Of a DNA stretch of 64,000 nucleotides, positions 40,648-49,025 are shown in pieces; the stretch's first letter is position 1; each line of letters begins with the position of its first letter. This DNA is from Alphaproteobacteria bacterium (lineage in GTDB: Bacteria; Pseudomonadota; Alphaproteobacteria; Rs-D84). The notes beneath the pieces were generated by a model. It did not search any database. It was not told the DNA's origin and was given only the letters and a program-made list of their open reading frames with translations. The stretch covers positions 22,593-86,592 of the forward strand of contig JAFVSL010000006.1 in assembly GCA_017503725.1 (NCBI GenBank), in the 5' to 3' direction. The position numbers and the translations under genes are program-made.

Positions 40648-41095
40648 ATAAAGAAATCTTTAAATTTGGGCGCGTCTCGCGTAAATTGCTAAGGGCTTTT
40701 TCCTGAACCTTGCGGAATGCATCCGGGTTCCAAATTTGAAAACTGTTCCCGCGACCAACAAATACGGCGCGATCGGTAATTCCGGCGTGCGCCAACAGGT
40801 CAGATGGAATAACAATGCGCCCCGTCACGTCAAATGCCAGTTGGCGTGCATCCGCAAACAGCATTGCCGACAAATCATCCAGATTGCTGTCAAAAACGCC
40901 CATTTGGTCGGTGGCGGATGCCATAGCCTCCATTCTGGACATTGAAAAACCCTCGATACAGTTGTTTGTAAATGAACGAAACAGTACAACCCCCGCAAAT
41001 TTTTCATTTGCGACCGAAGCCCGGAAAGATGCCGGCACCGAAATGCGTCCCTTGGTATCCAAACGATTTTCATAAGATGAGAGAAACAATGACAT
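40646..41095 (-). CDS. mraZ: Transcriptional regulator MraZ
   Basis: FLSSYENRLDTKGRISVPASFR; DVTGRIVIP; FVGRGNSFQIWNP. Confidence 0.95.
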   Translation of the reverse strand: MSLFLSSYENRLDTKGRISVPASFRASVANEKFAGVVLFRSFTNNCIEGFSMSRMEAMASATDQMGVFDSNLDDLSAMLFADARQLAFDVTGRIVIPSDLLAHAGITDRAVFVGRGNSFQIWNPDAFRKVQEKALSNLRETRPNLKISL

Positions 41096-41158
41096 TCCTG
41101 CTTCTTGTGTTATTCGCGGGGCGCGCCCCGATGTTAGTCTTTCCGTCTTCGTAATTAA

Positions 41159-41221
41159 AATGTAGCACGGGCATATATGGTTGTCAATGACATTTTATAG
41201 TTATTGTATGGTATTTTATGG
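41159..41221 (-). promoter_or_regulatory. mraZ sigma70 promoter overlapped by ~10-bp-periodic boxes (candidate MraZ operator)
   Basis: Minus strand TTGACA-17 bp-TACATT; plus-strand CACGG/TATGG/AATGA/TATAG/TATGG/TATGG ending at 41170, 41180, 41190, 41200, 41211, 41221. Confidence 0.65.
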
Positions 41222-41278
41222 TTTTTGTAACAAAAAATAAAAAAATTAAAATAAAATGAAAATAAATATATTTTATGC

Positions 41279-41308
41279 TTGACCTGCGATTCGTTTTTGT
41301 TCTAAGAT
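41279..41308 (+). promoter_or_regulatory. Probable sigma70 promoter with A-rich UP element for the 41488 gene
   Basis: TTGACC-18 bp-TAAGAT preceded by an A/T tract. Confidence 0.5.
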
Positions 41309-41487
41309 ATTTGTATAGACAAGGGAAAAAGAAATAAAAAGCCCAGAAAACCGCATAAAACCGGATTTCTGCCAAAAAACAAAACAAAGGAAAAAATAAA
41401 ATTCGAATTTTGTAAATACTAATGTAAATACAGGGTTTGAATTAAATTTTTACCACAACCGCATCCCAAGGAAGGAGGGGAACGCAC

Positions 41488-41823
41488 ATGACAACAAATA
41501 TCAAAGAAATTATGATTGCCCTGAACCAAGTTTTAACAACAACCGTCTGGGTAAACGAAGATCGTCAAATTGTATCATTGGCAGACGAATTAAAAATCGG
41601 CAAAAATAACGCCCCACGTTCTATCGAAGATTTGGCACGTACATCACTGGTTGGTGCATATGTGTCCTTGCAAATTCGCACAGATAATTTTGATGTTGCG
41701 GCCGAAAGTATGGAAACCCGTGATTTGGCATTGCGCGTCAAAGAAATGGTCTTTGCAGAGGCTAAAAAGATTATGGATGCATCCAACGTTGCAGACAAAG
41801 CGCACGTTGCAATGGCGGCATAA
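41488..41823 (+). CDS. Hypothetical 111-aa protein ending in -AMAA
   Basis: Strong AAGGAGG RBS; codon choices resemble the ribosomal protein genes. Confidence 0.8.
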   Translation: MTTNIKEIMIALNQVLTTTVWVNEDRQIVSLADELKIGKNNAPRSIEDLARTSLVGAYVSLQIRTDNFDVAAESMETRDLALRVKEMVFAEAKKIMDASNVADKAHVAMAA

Positions 41824-41905
41824 TTTCCCGGCGCGGATGCGCATTTCTGGGCAAATTATGTGTCGTTCATCCAAGTACAGTTTCCGGCTACCGGAAGGAA
41901 GGGAG

Positions 41906-41942
41906 CCACCGTCGGTTAAGTAATTGCCGACGGTGATTTTTT
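41906..41942 (+). terminator. Intrinsic terminator ending the structured 3' region of the 41488 gene
   Basis: CACCGTCGG...CCGACGGTG-ATTTTTT. Confidence 0.75.
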
Positions 41943-41984
41943 ATAGTTGCTGATTGTGAAAAAAATCCCGCCAATGGCGGGGGG

Positions 41985-43421
41985 TTAATACGATTTCGCA
42001 ACAAATACGTATGTTGGGTCAGTGTCATCAAGGCAACGACGTGTAATTTTATGTTTTTCCATTAATGCATCAAATTGTTCATTTGTTGTCATTTCATATT
42101 TAATGCGGAAAAATCCAATCTGACCGCCAGACAAAGCGTTATCCAATGCCACCAAGTCTGCAACGTCGTGAATCATTTCACGATTACGTTTTTCAACACG
42201 TGCAACCATATCATTATGAATATCATGCATAATATCCTTAATTGATGCAGCTAATTCACCGGCTGTAATTGTGCGTTTGGATTCTTTGCCTAAATCACGA
42301 CGTGTAATTGTTACGGTTTTTGATTCCATCTCTCTGGCACCGATTTCAACACGCAATGGTACGCCACGCTTAATCCATTTCCACATTTTGTCTGGTGCAC
42401 GCATATCGGACGTATCAACCAATACGCGAACGCCAGCGTTACGCAATTGTTCACCCAATTCTTCTGCGTATGCATTTAGTTTATCTGCCGTATCATCACG
42501 AGTAATTGGTATAATTACAACCTGATACGGTGCCACAAATGGTGGCAAAATCAAACCATCATCATCCGAATGAATCATAAACATTGATCCCATCATACGT
42601 GTTGTCGTGCCCCAAGATGTGGTCCATGCATGCTGTAATTTACCGTCGCCGCCCAAGAACTGAATCCCAAATGATTTGGAAAAATGCTGACCCAGGTCAT
42701 GCGACGTTCCGGCCTGTAAAGCCTTGCCGTCTTGCATAATATGTTCCAATGTGTATGTATGGTCTGCGCCGGCAAATCTTTCTTCGGGCGTTTTTTCGCC
42801 CATGATTGACGGTATAGCCAAGATATCACGCATATAGTCACCATACATTTTGTGCATTTTGCGTGCATCTGCATTGGCTTCTTCGTGTGTTGCAAATACA
42901 TTATGCCCTTCTTGCCAGTTAAATTCAGATGTACGCAGGAACATACGTGGACGCATTTCCCAACGCATTACATTTACCCACTGATTTAATTTCATCGGCA
43001 AATCACGATAACTTTGCACCCATCTGGACATTGCTTCGCCAATAATCGTTTCAGAAGTCGGACGAATAATGTATGGTTCGGTTAATTTTGAATCTGGGTC
43101 GGGCTGCAGTTTGCCATCAATCATTTTCAGACGATGATGTGTCACAACTGCACATTCTTTGGCAAAGCCTGCGACATGTTCAGCCTCTTTATTAAAGAAG
43201 TCAATCGGAATAAGCAATGGAAAGTTAGCATTCTGAACCCCATGTGCCTTGATACGTCTGTCCATTTCATCACGCATCAGCTCCCAAATTGCCCAACCGT
43301 ATGGTTTTATTGTCATACAACCACGCACAGGGGCATTTTCAGCCAAATCTGCGGCAACGATTAAGTTCTGGTACCATTCACTGAAATTTTCTGCGCGTGT
43401 TGGTGTAATTGCTGTTTTCAT
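41985..43421 (-). CDS. proS: Prolyl-tRNA synthetase, archaeal/eukaryote-like type
   Basis: FSEWY, VRGC..KPYG..IWE, IRPTSET, QWVNVMRWE, WQEGH, ALQAGTSHDLGQ, C-terminal AKSY. Confidence 0.96.
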   Translation of the reverse strand: MKTAITPTRAENFSEWYQNLIVAADLAENAPVRGCMTIKPYGWAIWELMRDEMDRRIKAHGVQNANFPLLIPIDFFNKEAEHVAGFAKECAVVTHHRLKMIDGKLQPDPDSKLTEPYIIRPTSETIIGEAMSRWVQSYRDLPMKLNQWVNVMRWEMRPRMFLRTSEFNWQEGHNVFATHEEANADARKMHKMYGDYMRDILAIPSIMGEKTPEERFAGADHTYTLEHIMQDGKALQAGTSHDLGQHFSKSFGIQFLGGDGKLQHAWTTSWGTTTRMMGSMFMIHSDDDGLILPPFVAPYQVVIIPITRDDTADKLNAYAEELGEQLRNAGVRVLVDTSDMRAPDKMWKWIKRGVPLRVEIGAREMESKTVTITRRDLGKESKRTITAGELAASIKDIMHDIHNDMVARVEKRNREMIHDVADLVALDNALSGGQIGFFRIKYEMTTNEQFDALMEKHKITRRCLDDTDPTYVFVAKSY

Positions 43422-43439
43422 TTTATTATCTCTTATTTT

Positions 43440-44267
43440 TTATTTTGTTTTATCTTTTAATTCCATATATTTATCAGATACCTGTTTTTGCAGTACCTCT
43501 GCGATTTCTTTCCTGTTTAACCCCCCCAGGGGTGGCGGCGGCAACAATGTGATTTCAACCATAAAACCACCCAGCATCATAATATGAAACACCTGGCCGA
43601 ATGCGCTGCGTTCGCGTTTGCAAAGTGGGCCCATATCCATTTTTTTGTTATCAAAGTACGCGAAATGGTCCGCCATTGTTTGTTCATCAATCGGTGTGCC
43701 ATCTTTGTATCGATAATGCATTGCCATAGGTTGCACCGTAACATTTGAATTTTCAACAAAATTAAACAGTGTACTTTTAAATGGTTTTACATATGCGCCG
43801 TTGGTGGTTGTACCCTCTGGAAACAATATCATTGGGTATTTAACGTTTTTAACTGTTTCTTGCACCACCGCTAACGCATCACGTGCGTGTGATGGGCGAC
43901 GATCAACAAAGATTACACCAAATTTTTTTGCGACCCACCCAACCAGTGGCCAATTTTCCATTTCTTTTTTTGCAATAAAACTGCCCCGGAATGCGGACGG
44001 AAATGTCGCGATTTCAAACACCGATATATGATTAGATACAACCATCAATGGTCGCGCATCCGACAGCTTTCCGTGCACAACAATTTTTATCCCGCCCAAT
44101 TTAAGCAAGAACCACATAAAAACCGGCATATATTGAACCGCCCAACGACGTGGCAAGAATGCGATAATTGGTATCTGAACAACAACCATCATCCAGAATG
44201 CGATAAACTTAATCGCAGCAGTTGTGGTATTAAAAATATTCTGTTTGCGTAGTTTTGGTTTTGCCAT
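43440..44267 (-). CDS. Lysophospholipid acyltransferase (PlsC family; OlsA-like by context)
   Basis: SNHISVFE (H-x4-E variant), FIAKKE, FVDR, LFPEGTT; directly after the olsB-like gene. Confidence 0.85.
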   Translation of the reverse strand: MAKPKLRKQNIFNTTTAAIKFIAFWMMVVVQIPIIAFLPRRWAVQYMPVFMWFLLKLGGIKIVVHGKLSDARPLMVVSNHISVFEIATFPSAFRGSFIAKKEMENWPLVGWVAKKFGVIFVDRRPSHARDALAVVQETVKNVKYPMILFPEGTTTNGAYVKPFKSTLFNFVENSNVTVQPMAMHYRYKDGTPIDEQTMADHFAYFDNKKMDMGPLCKRERSAFGQVFHIMMLGGFMVEITLLPPPPLGGLNRKEIAEVLQKQVSDKYMELKDKTK

Positions 44268-44270
44268 TGT

Positions 44271-45227
44271 TTATTCTTCTTCGTTTTTATCAGTATCTTC
44301 GACAAATTCTGCATCGGCCGCATCTTCGTGTAATAAAAATTCAACGAATGCACGCATAACCTTTAACGGGCCGGTTACCGGGAAAGTAACAATTTTACCA
44401 ATTGTTTTAATAATTCCGTCTTTGTCTTCTTCGGCATCCCCCAGTGCATTTTCGCGCCCCAAGAAATGCTTCTGATACGTGGCATTCATTTTGCGTGTTT
44501 CCATCATAACAAATACATCATACGAATTAAATGGCGTGTCAACAAACACCCCTTTGCCGAATGTGGCGCCCAAACGTAAATATCCCTTAATCAGTGGTGT
44601 CATTTCGTGTTTGGCATCCATTTCATCTACAAATTCAGGTGGCAAGATATTCATTCGTGCCAATTTTGGATTAACACCGTCTGCAAATTTTTCCGGCAAC
44701 ACCGTTGCCCGCAGACGTGGCGGTGTCAGATGGTTGTAATACAAATATGATATTGCCTGGGCGGATTTTGCGGGTTTTGTACCAACCCAAGACGCCACAC
44801 CAAACAAAACACCAATTTTGCGACGAACGATATATTCACCCAATCCCGCCCACAACATACGCATAACCAATGCGTTTTCACGATAATCTGGATCGACACA
44901 GGCACGCGACATTTCCGCAATATTGCCACGATATTTTTTTATCTTCGAAATATTAAATTCGTTTTCTGTATAGAAGCCACCCATCTTTTCAGCGGCATTT
45001 CTATCAATAATACGATACGTTCCAACAACACGTCCCTGATGAAAAACCGCCATATATTCCGCATATCTGTCGTATGCATCGTATTCTTCGCCCAGGGCGC
45101 GTTGTTCATCTGTGACGCCGGCGCCTTCTTCTTCTACAAAAACTTTATAGCGCAATTGGCGCACCTGTTTGCGTTCATCTTTGTTGCGTGTTAAGCGTAC
45201 TTCGAAATCGCGTACCTTGATAGCCAT
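44271..45227 (-). CDS. olsB: Ornithine acyl-ACP N-acyltransferase (GNAT, OlsB-like)
   Basis: LRYKVFVEE.G..DAYD..VVGTYR..FYTENEF..EMSRACVDPDYR..LWAGL..LFGVAS..PLIKGYLRLGA..D..FNSYDV. Confidence 0.85.
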   Translation of the reverse strand: MAIKVRDFEVRLTRNKDERKQVRQLRYKVFVEEEGAGVTDEQRALGEEYDAYDRYAEYMAVFHQGRVVGTYRIIDRNAAEKMGGFYTENEFNISKIKKYRGNIAEMSRACVDPDYRENALVMRMLWAGLGEYIVRRKIGVLFGVASWVGTKPAKSAQAISYLYYNHLTPPRLRATVLPEKFADGVNPKLARMNILPPEFVDEMDAKHEMTPLIKGYLRLGATFGKGVFVDTPFNSYDVFVMMETRKMNATYQKHFLGRENALGDAEEDKDGIIKTIGKIVTFPVTGPLKVMRAFVEFLLHEDAADAEFVEDTDKNEEE

Positions 45228-45295
45228 AAATATATCCTTTGTATCTATATATGTGGGAAGAGTATCAAAGAATCAGGCAATTGTAAACGTTTAAT

Positions 45296-46363
45296 TTACT
45301 TTAATTCATCCGCCAGATTTGCAATCGCAATCGCATACCAATTAGAATTATTCCATTTCTTTATCCGATAAAAGTTTGGGTATGTCAAATATGCAACAAT
45401 GGCGGGCTGTGGTGCTATGTCGGTGTCCATTGGTGCACCGGTTGTTGCATCCGCAATAAGTTGCGCCCGCGCGGATTCAATCTGTGCGATGTCGGCAACC
45501 AGTCCGGCCATCATCTGGCCCTGTGGGATTGGGGTGCCGTCTGGATTTGTGACACCCATTTCCGCCCATCCGTGCAGGGGCTTTTTTGTTTTTCCATCTA
45601 ATAATGTTATATCAAAGTCTGCCGGCAAAATCACACGACGAACAATACGTTCATTTTTATTCCAGCCTAATTTATTCAAGTAATTTCCCGCGCTGAACAT
45701 CGCATCGCCAACACTGTTTATAATGTCAATGCGACCGTCTGCGTTACCGTCTGTGCCATACTGGGCCAGCGTCGTTGGAATAAATTGAAAATGTCCCATT
45801 GCACCCGCCCAAGAACCGTGAATATTATTTATATTCAACTTGTTCTTGTCTGCTATTTTCATCAATGCAATCAATTGATTTTCAAAAAAGGTCTCGCGTC
45901 GGCCATCATACATCAGGGTCAGAAAGGCGTTGGTCAATTGGTGTCGCGCTTTTACCGCGCCATAGTTTGTTTCCAGTCCCCAGAACGCCAAAATCACATG
46001 CGGTGGCACGCCAAATTTTTTCTCGACCCGCCCCAGCATCGTTGGATATTTTGCGCGCATTTTTTTGCCGTCTGAAATACGTTTACTGTTGACCGTGCGA
46101 TTTAGATATTGATCCATTGTTAATTTAAATTCGGCCTGATTTTTATCGCTTTTAACAATTGACGGAATAAATGCGGGGGATTTCAGTGTTTCTTTTACTG
46201 TATTCTCTGAAATTCCATTGGCGATTGCGCGTGTCCGCACACGGTCCAACATCCCATACCAGCGTTCTATGTCAAAAGCCCCCGCGTCCGCCGCGTATGA
46301 TGTAACCGGTCCCAGCAAAGATATCAGCACGCCGCATACGCGTACCACACAGCGCAGGTTCAT
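45296..46363 (-). CDS. Lytic murein transglycosylase (MltB/SLT_2 family)
   Basis: AFWGLETNYG, GSWAGAMGHFQFIPT, NYLNKLGW, NF..I..WNNS..YA. Confidence 0.92.
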   Translation of the reverse strand: MNLRCVVRVCGVLISLLGPVTSYAADAGAFDIERWYGMLDRVRTRAIANGISENTVKETLKSPAFIPSIVKSDKNQAEFKLTMDQYLNRTVNSKRISDGKKMRAKYPTMLGRVEKKFGVPPHVILAFWGLETNYGAVKARHQLTNAFLTLMYDGRRETFFENQLIALMKIADKNKLNINNIHGSWAGAMGHFQFIPTTLAQYGTDGNADGRIDIINSVGDAMFSAGNYLNKLGWNKNERIVRRVILPADFDITLLDGKTKKPLHGWAEMGVTNPDGTPIPQGQMMAGLVADIAQIESARAQLIADATTGAPMDTDIAPQPAIVAYLTYPNFYRIKKWNNSNWYAIAIANLADELK

Positions 46364-46381
46364 AAACGTCCCTTTTGTACC

Positions 46382-47866
46382 CTAGAATGAATATTTTACG
46401 CCAATATGCAATCCAAAAGATTGCCAGGTGGCTTTTTTCAATGAATTGCTGACGTATTCGGTGTATGGGGCAATTTCCTCTATCATAGGATTACCGTTTT
46501 CGTCGGTTTTGATTGTGCCATCATCGTTATAGGCATAATCATAAGAACCCGCAACATACAATTCGCCTGGAATCTGACCCACGTGGAAACAGTTTGTATC
46601 CGCGCGAATTGCCAATTGAACACGATCAGACAGTCTGTAATTATACTCTATTTCCGCCATATAGGAATAGGAATCATTGTCCCCTTCATCCAGGAAACTT
46701 GGGTTTTGTTGCCAGTCCGTACGATTTGGCCAAATACCTTCTGATGAATACTTGGGTAATCCAAATTGAACGTACATACGCAATTTGTCATTCAAAGTCA
46801 TTTGTTTTTCAACTTCTAACCCGACATAAAACCCAGACCAGGTTGTGTTGTATATGTGTGTTGTGCCACTGACCAGAATTGGGCCGTCGCCACCAATAAT
46901 AACACACTCGCCCGCGTCAACGCCCCACGGAATATATCCCATTGCCGGGTCGTAATCACCAATCCCTAAATCTGTGCCCAATGACCCCAGGCCCGATGCC
47001 GGCGCCTGAACCAATTTGATGTCTTCTGGGGACATACAAACCTGGTACCAGCCCTCATCAGGAGCAACGTTTGTTGGTACACTGTAATAGTTTCCGTCGA
47101 TGTCGCCGTAAACATAGTCGCCCTTGTTCGTCATCAATGGCAAATAAATTCCCGGATTTGGATAGTAATGATCGCTCATTTCCAGGTTGTGTTTAAAAAT
47201 TTCATAACCGATTGTTGGCGATAACTTCCATCCTGCGATATCCCACGCGTGATGCGCAGACAGGCCGAAACGAAAATGATTTGTGCGTCCCGATAAATCC
47301 CCCATAGAAATCGTAAAGATTCCATACGCCGGGTCGGATGTGTCAAATGGTTGCAAGTCATAGTCCATCGACAATCCCCCGTGCGAGATGTCGCCATATG
47401 AATATTCTCCGTATGCAGATAAATCAAAATCACGCAGACTAAAATTGTGTCGGGCGCCGACCGTGATTTCGTTAATAATCATATCGTCCCATTCCAGAAT
47501 GGAATTTACACCCGTTTCAAACTGAAAATCGGCAAAGCGACGTGTGTATCCGGCATAAATTGATGTTGCAGGCTCGCTCTGGGTGGGCATTGCGATACCA
47601 TTTGTTGTCATTGTGCCCGGCATTTGTGGAATATATGTGGGTTGACGTGGAACCTGGTACGTGTATGTCCGGGACCCAACGGTTTGCTTGTTCCCAGATG
47701 CGCCAACATATTTTGTGTACCCCGTCGCCGCATATTGGTTATATCCGGCCTGATTGGCGGTTGTTGCGCGTTGTGTTTGATAGTATGACGGCACACCCTC
47801 GTTCGCGGCAGACGCCACCACAGGTGCCAAAATCAGCGACAAAAATGAAATTAAACCCTTTCTCAT
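46382..47866 (-). CDS. Outer-membrane beta-barrel protein, omptin/Pom-like
   Basis: Signal peptide; SILEWDD, SMDYD, W..R.DW...SF; C-terminal beta-signal GLHIGVKYSF. Confidence 0.7.
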   Translation of the reverse strand: MRKGLISFLSLILAPVVASAANEGVPSYYQTQRATTANQAGYNQYAATGYTKYVGASGNKQTVGSRTYTYQVPRQPTYIPQMPGTMTTNGIAMPTQSEPATSIYAGYTRRFADFQFETGVNSILEWDDMIINEITVGARHNFSLRDFDLSAYGEYSYGDISHGGLSMDYDLQPFDTSDPAYGIFTISMGDLSGRTNHFRFGLSAHHAWDIAGWKLSPTIGYEIFKHNLEMSDHYYPNPGIYLPLMTNKGDYVYGDIDGNYYSVPTNVAPDEGWYQVCMSPEDIKLVQAPASGLGSLGTDLGIGDYDPAMGYIPWGVDAGECVIIGGDGPILVSGTTHIYNTTWSGFYVGLEVEKQMTLNDKLRMYVQFGLPKYSSEGIWPNRTDWQQNPSFLDEGDNDSYSYMAEIEYNYRLSDRVQLAIRADTNCFHVGQIPGELYVAGSYDYAYNDDGTIKTDENGNPMIEEIAPYTEYVSNSLKKATWQSFGLHIGVKYSF

Positions 47867-47965
47867 TCCAACATTCGTTGATTTATTATATCACAAAAAA
47901 GGTCCCCATAAAAGTGTTTTCATTTATTTCTTGCACGATGCCGGGCGCGGTGTAAAATAAGGCTT

Positions 47966-49021
47966 ATGAATTTACCGCATAACATTTATATTCACGTCCC
48001 TTTCTGTATGTCTAAATGCCGTTATTGCGCATTTTTTTCGCGTGCCTGTGCAAATCCTGATTGGGGCGCGTACACAGACGGCATAGTCGATGAAATTGAA
48101 CACTGGGGGCGTATGCTGGGGCGAATATCGGTGCCAACAATATTCTTTGGCGGTGGTACGCCGTCATTGATGCCGATTGTGTGCTTTGAAAGAATAATGA
48201 ATAAACTTTATTCCTGTTTTGATGTCTCATCAGATGCCGAAATAACAATTGAATCAAATCCGGGTACCATAGATAAAATAAAAATGCACGATTTTCAGAC
48301 ACTGGGGGTAAACCGGCTAAGTGTTGGTGTACAAAGTTTATCGGACGATCGGTTAAAATATCTGGGGCGTCGACACAGTGTGCACGATGCCATCACAACG
48401 CTGAACACGGCGCACAATATGGGGTTGCGCGTGTCGGCCGACTTTATATATGGATTGCCGGGGGATACGGTTGACGATATCGCTGAGATGTGCCAGAACA
48501 TAAATACCCTGGGGTTACAGCATTGTTCGCTTTATGAATTAACGATAGAGCCCACAACCCCCATCGGTCGCGAAAATCCGCAAATGCCAACAAATGATGA
48601 AATGGCGGATATGTATAATACGATTGGGGATACTTTAAGCCTGCCCCGGTACGAGGTTTCAAATTACGCCACCCCAGCCACGCATTGTCGTCATAATGAA
48701 AATGTCTGGGATGGTGCGCCGTATATCGGCATTGGACGCGGTGCGGCGGGGCGTGTTTATTATAATGACGCCTGGTTCGAACAGATGGGGGCAAACGAAA
48801 AATTTGAACCCCTGGATACGTCTGCGCGTGCGGTTGAAAAACTGATAACGGGGCTGCGGACGGTGCGTGGCGTGAATTTGACAGACGACGTAAAACGCGT
48901 TATAAATATGGACGCGGTACAAAATATGCCGCACCTGATTCAGATAAAAAATAATCGTATATCTGTGACGGATGCGGGTATGTTGGTGCTGGACGATATA
49001 TTGGTAAAAATCGCAAGGTAA
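47966..49021 (+). CDS. hemW: Radical SAM heme chaperone HemW (HemN-like)
   Basis: YIHVPFCMSKCRYC, FFGGGTPS, IESNPG, RLSVGVQS, YEVSNYA, HN..W. Confidence 0.92.
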   Translation: MNLPHNIYIHVPFCMSKCRYCAFFSRACANPDWGAYTDGIVDEIEHWGRMLGRISVPTIFFGGGTPSLMPIVCFERIMNKLYSCFDVSSDAEITIESNPGTIDKIKMHDFQTLGVNRLSVGVQSLSDDRLKYLGRRHSVHDAITTLNTAHNMGLRVSADFIYGLPGDTVDDIAEMCQNINTLGLQHCSLYELTIEPTTPIGRENPQMPTNDEMADMYNTIGDTLSLPRYEVSNYATPATHCRHNENVWDGAPYIGIGRGAAGRVYYNDAWFEQMGANEKFEPLDTSARAVEKLITGLRTVRGVNLTDDVKRVINMDAVQNMPHLIQIKNNRISVTDAGMLVLDDILVKIAR

Positions 49022-49025
49022 AAAG

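Noticed and set aside
41220-41460. Replication origin in the AT-rich mraZ spacer (TGTAAATAC twice)
   Set aside because: No convincing DnaA boxes seen; better explained by divergent promoters and a UP element
41824-41942. SRP RNA or tmRNA (CCGGAAGGAAG; ORF ending in AMAA like an SsrA tag)
   Set aside because: Lacks the CAGG/AGCA internal loop of SRP domain IV and any tRNA-like acceptor/T-arm of tmRNA; the ORF has its own RBS and ATG
41985-43421. Archaeal/eukaryote-type ProRS as a novelty
   Set aside because: This type is well known in many bacteria, including some alphaproteobacteria
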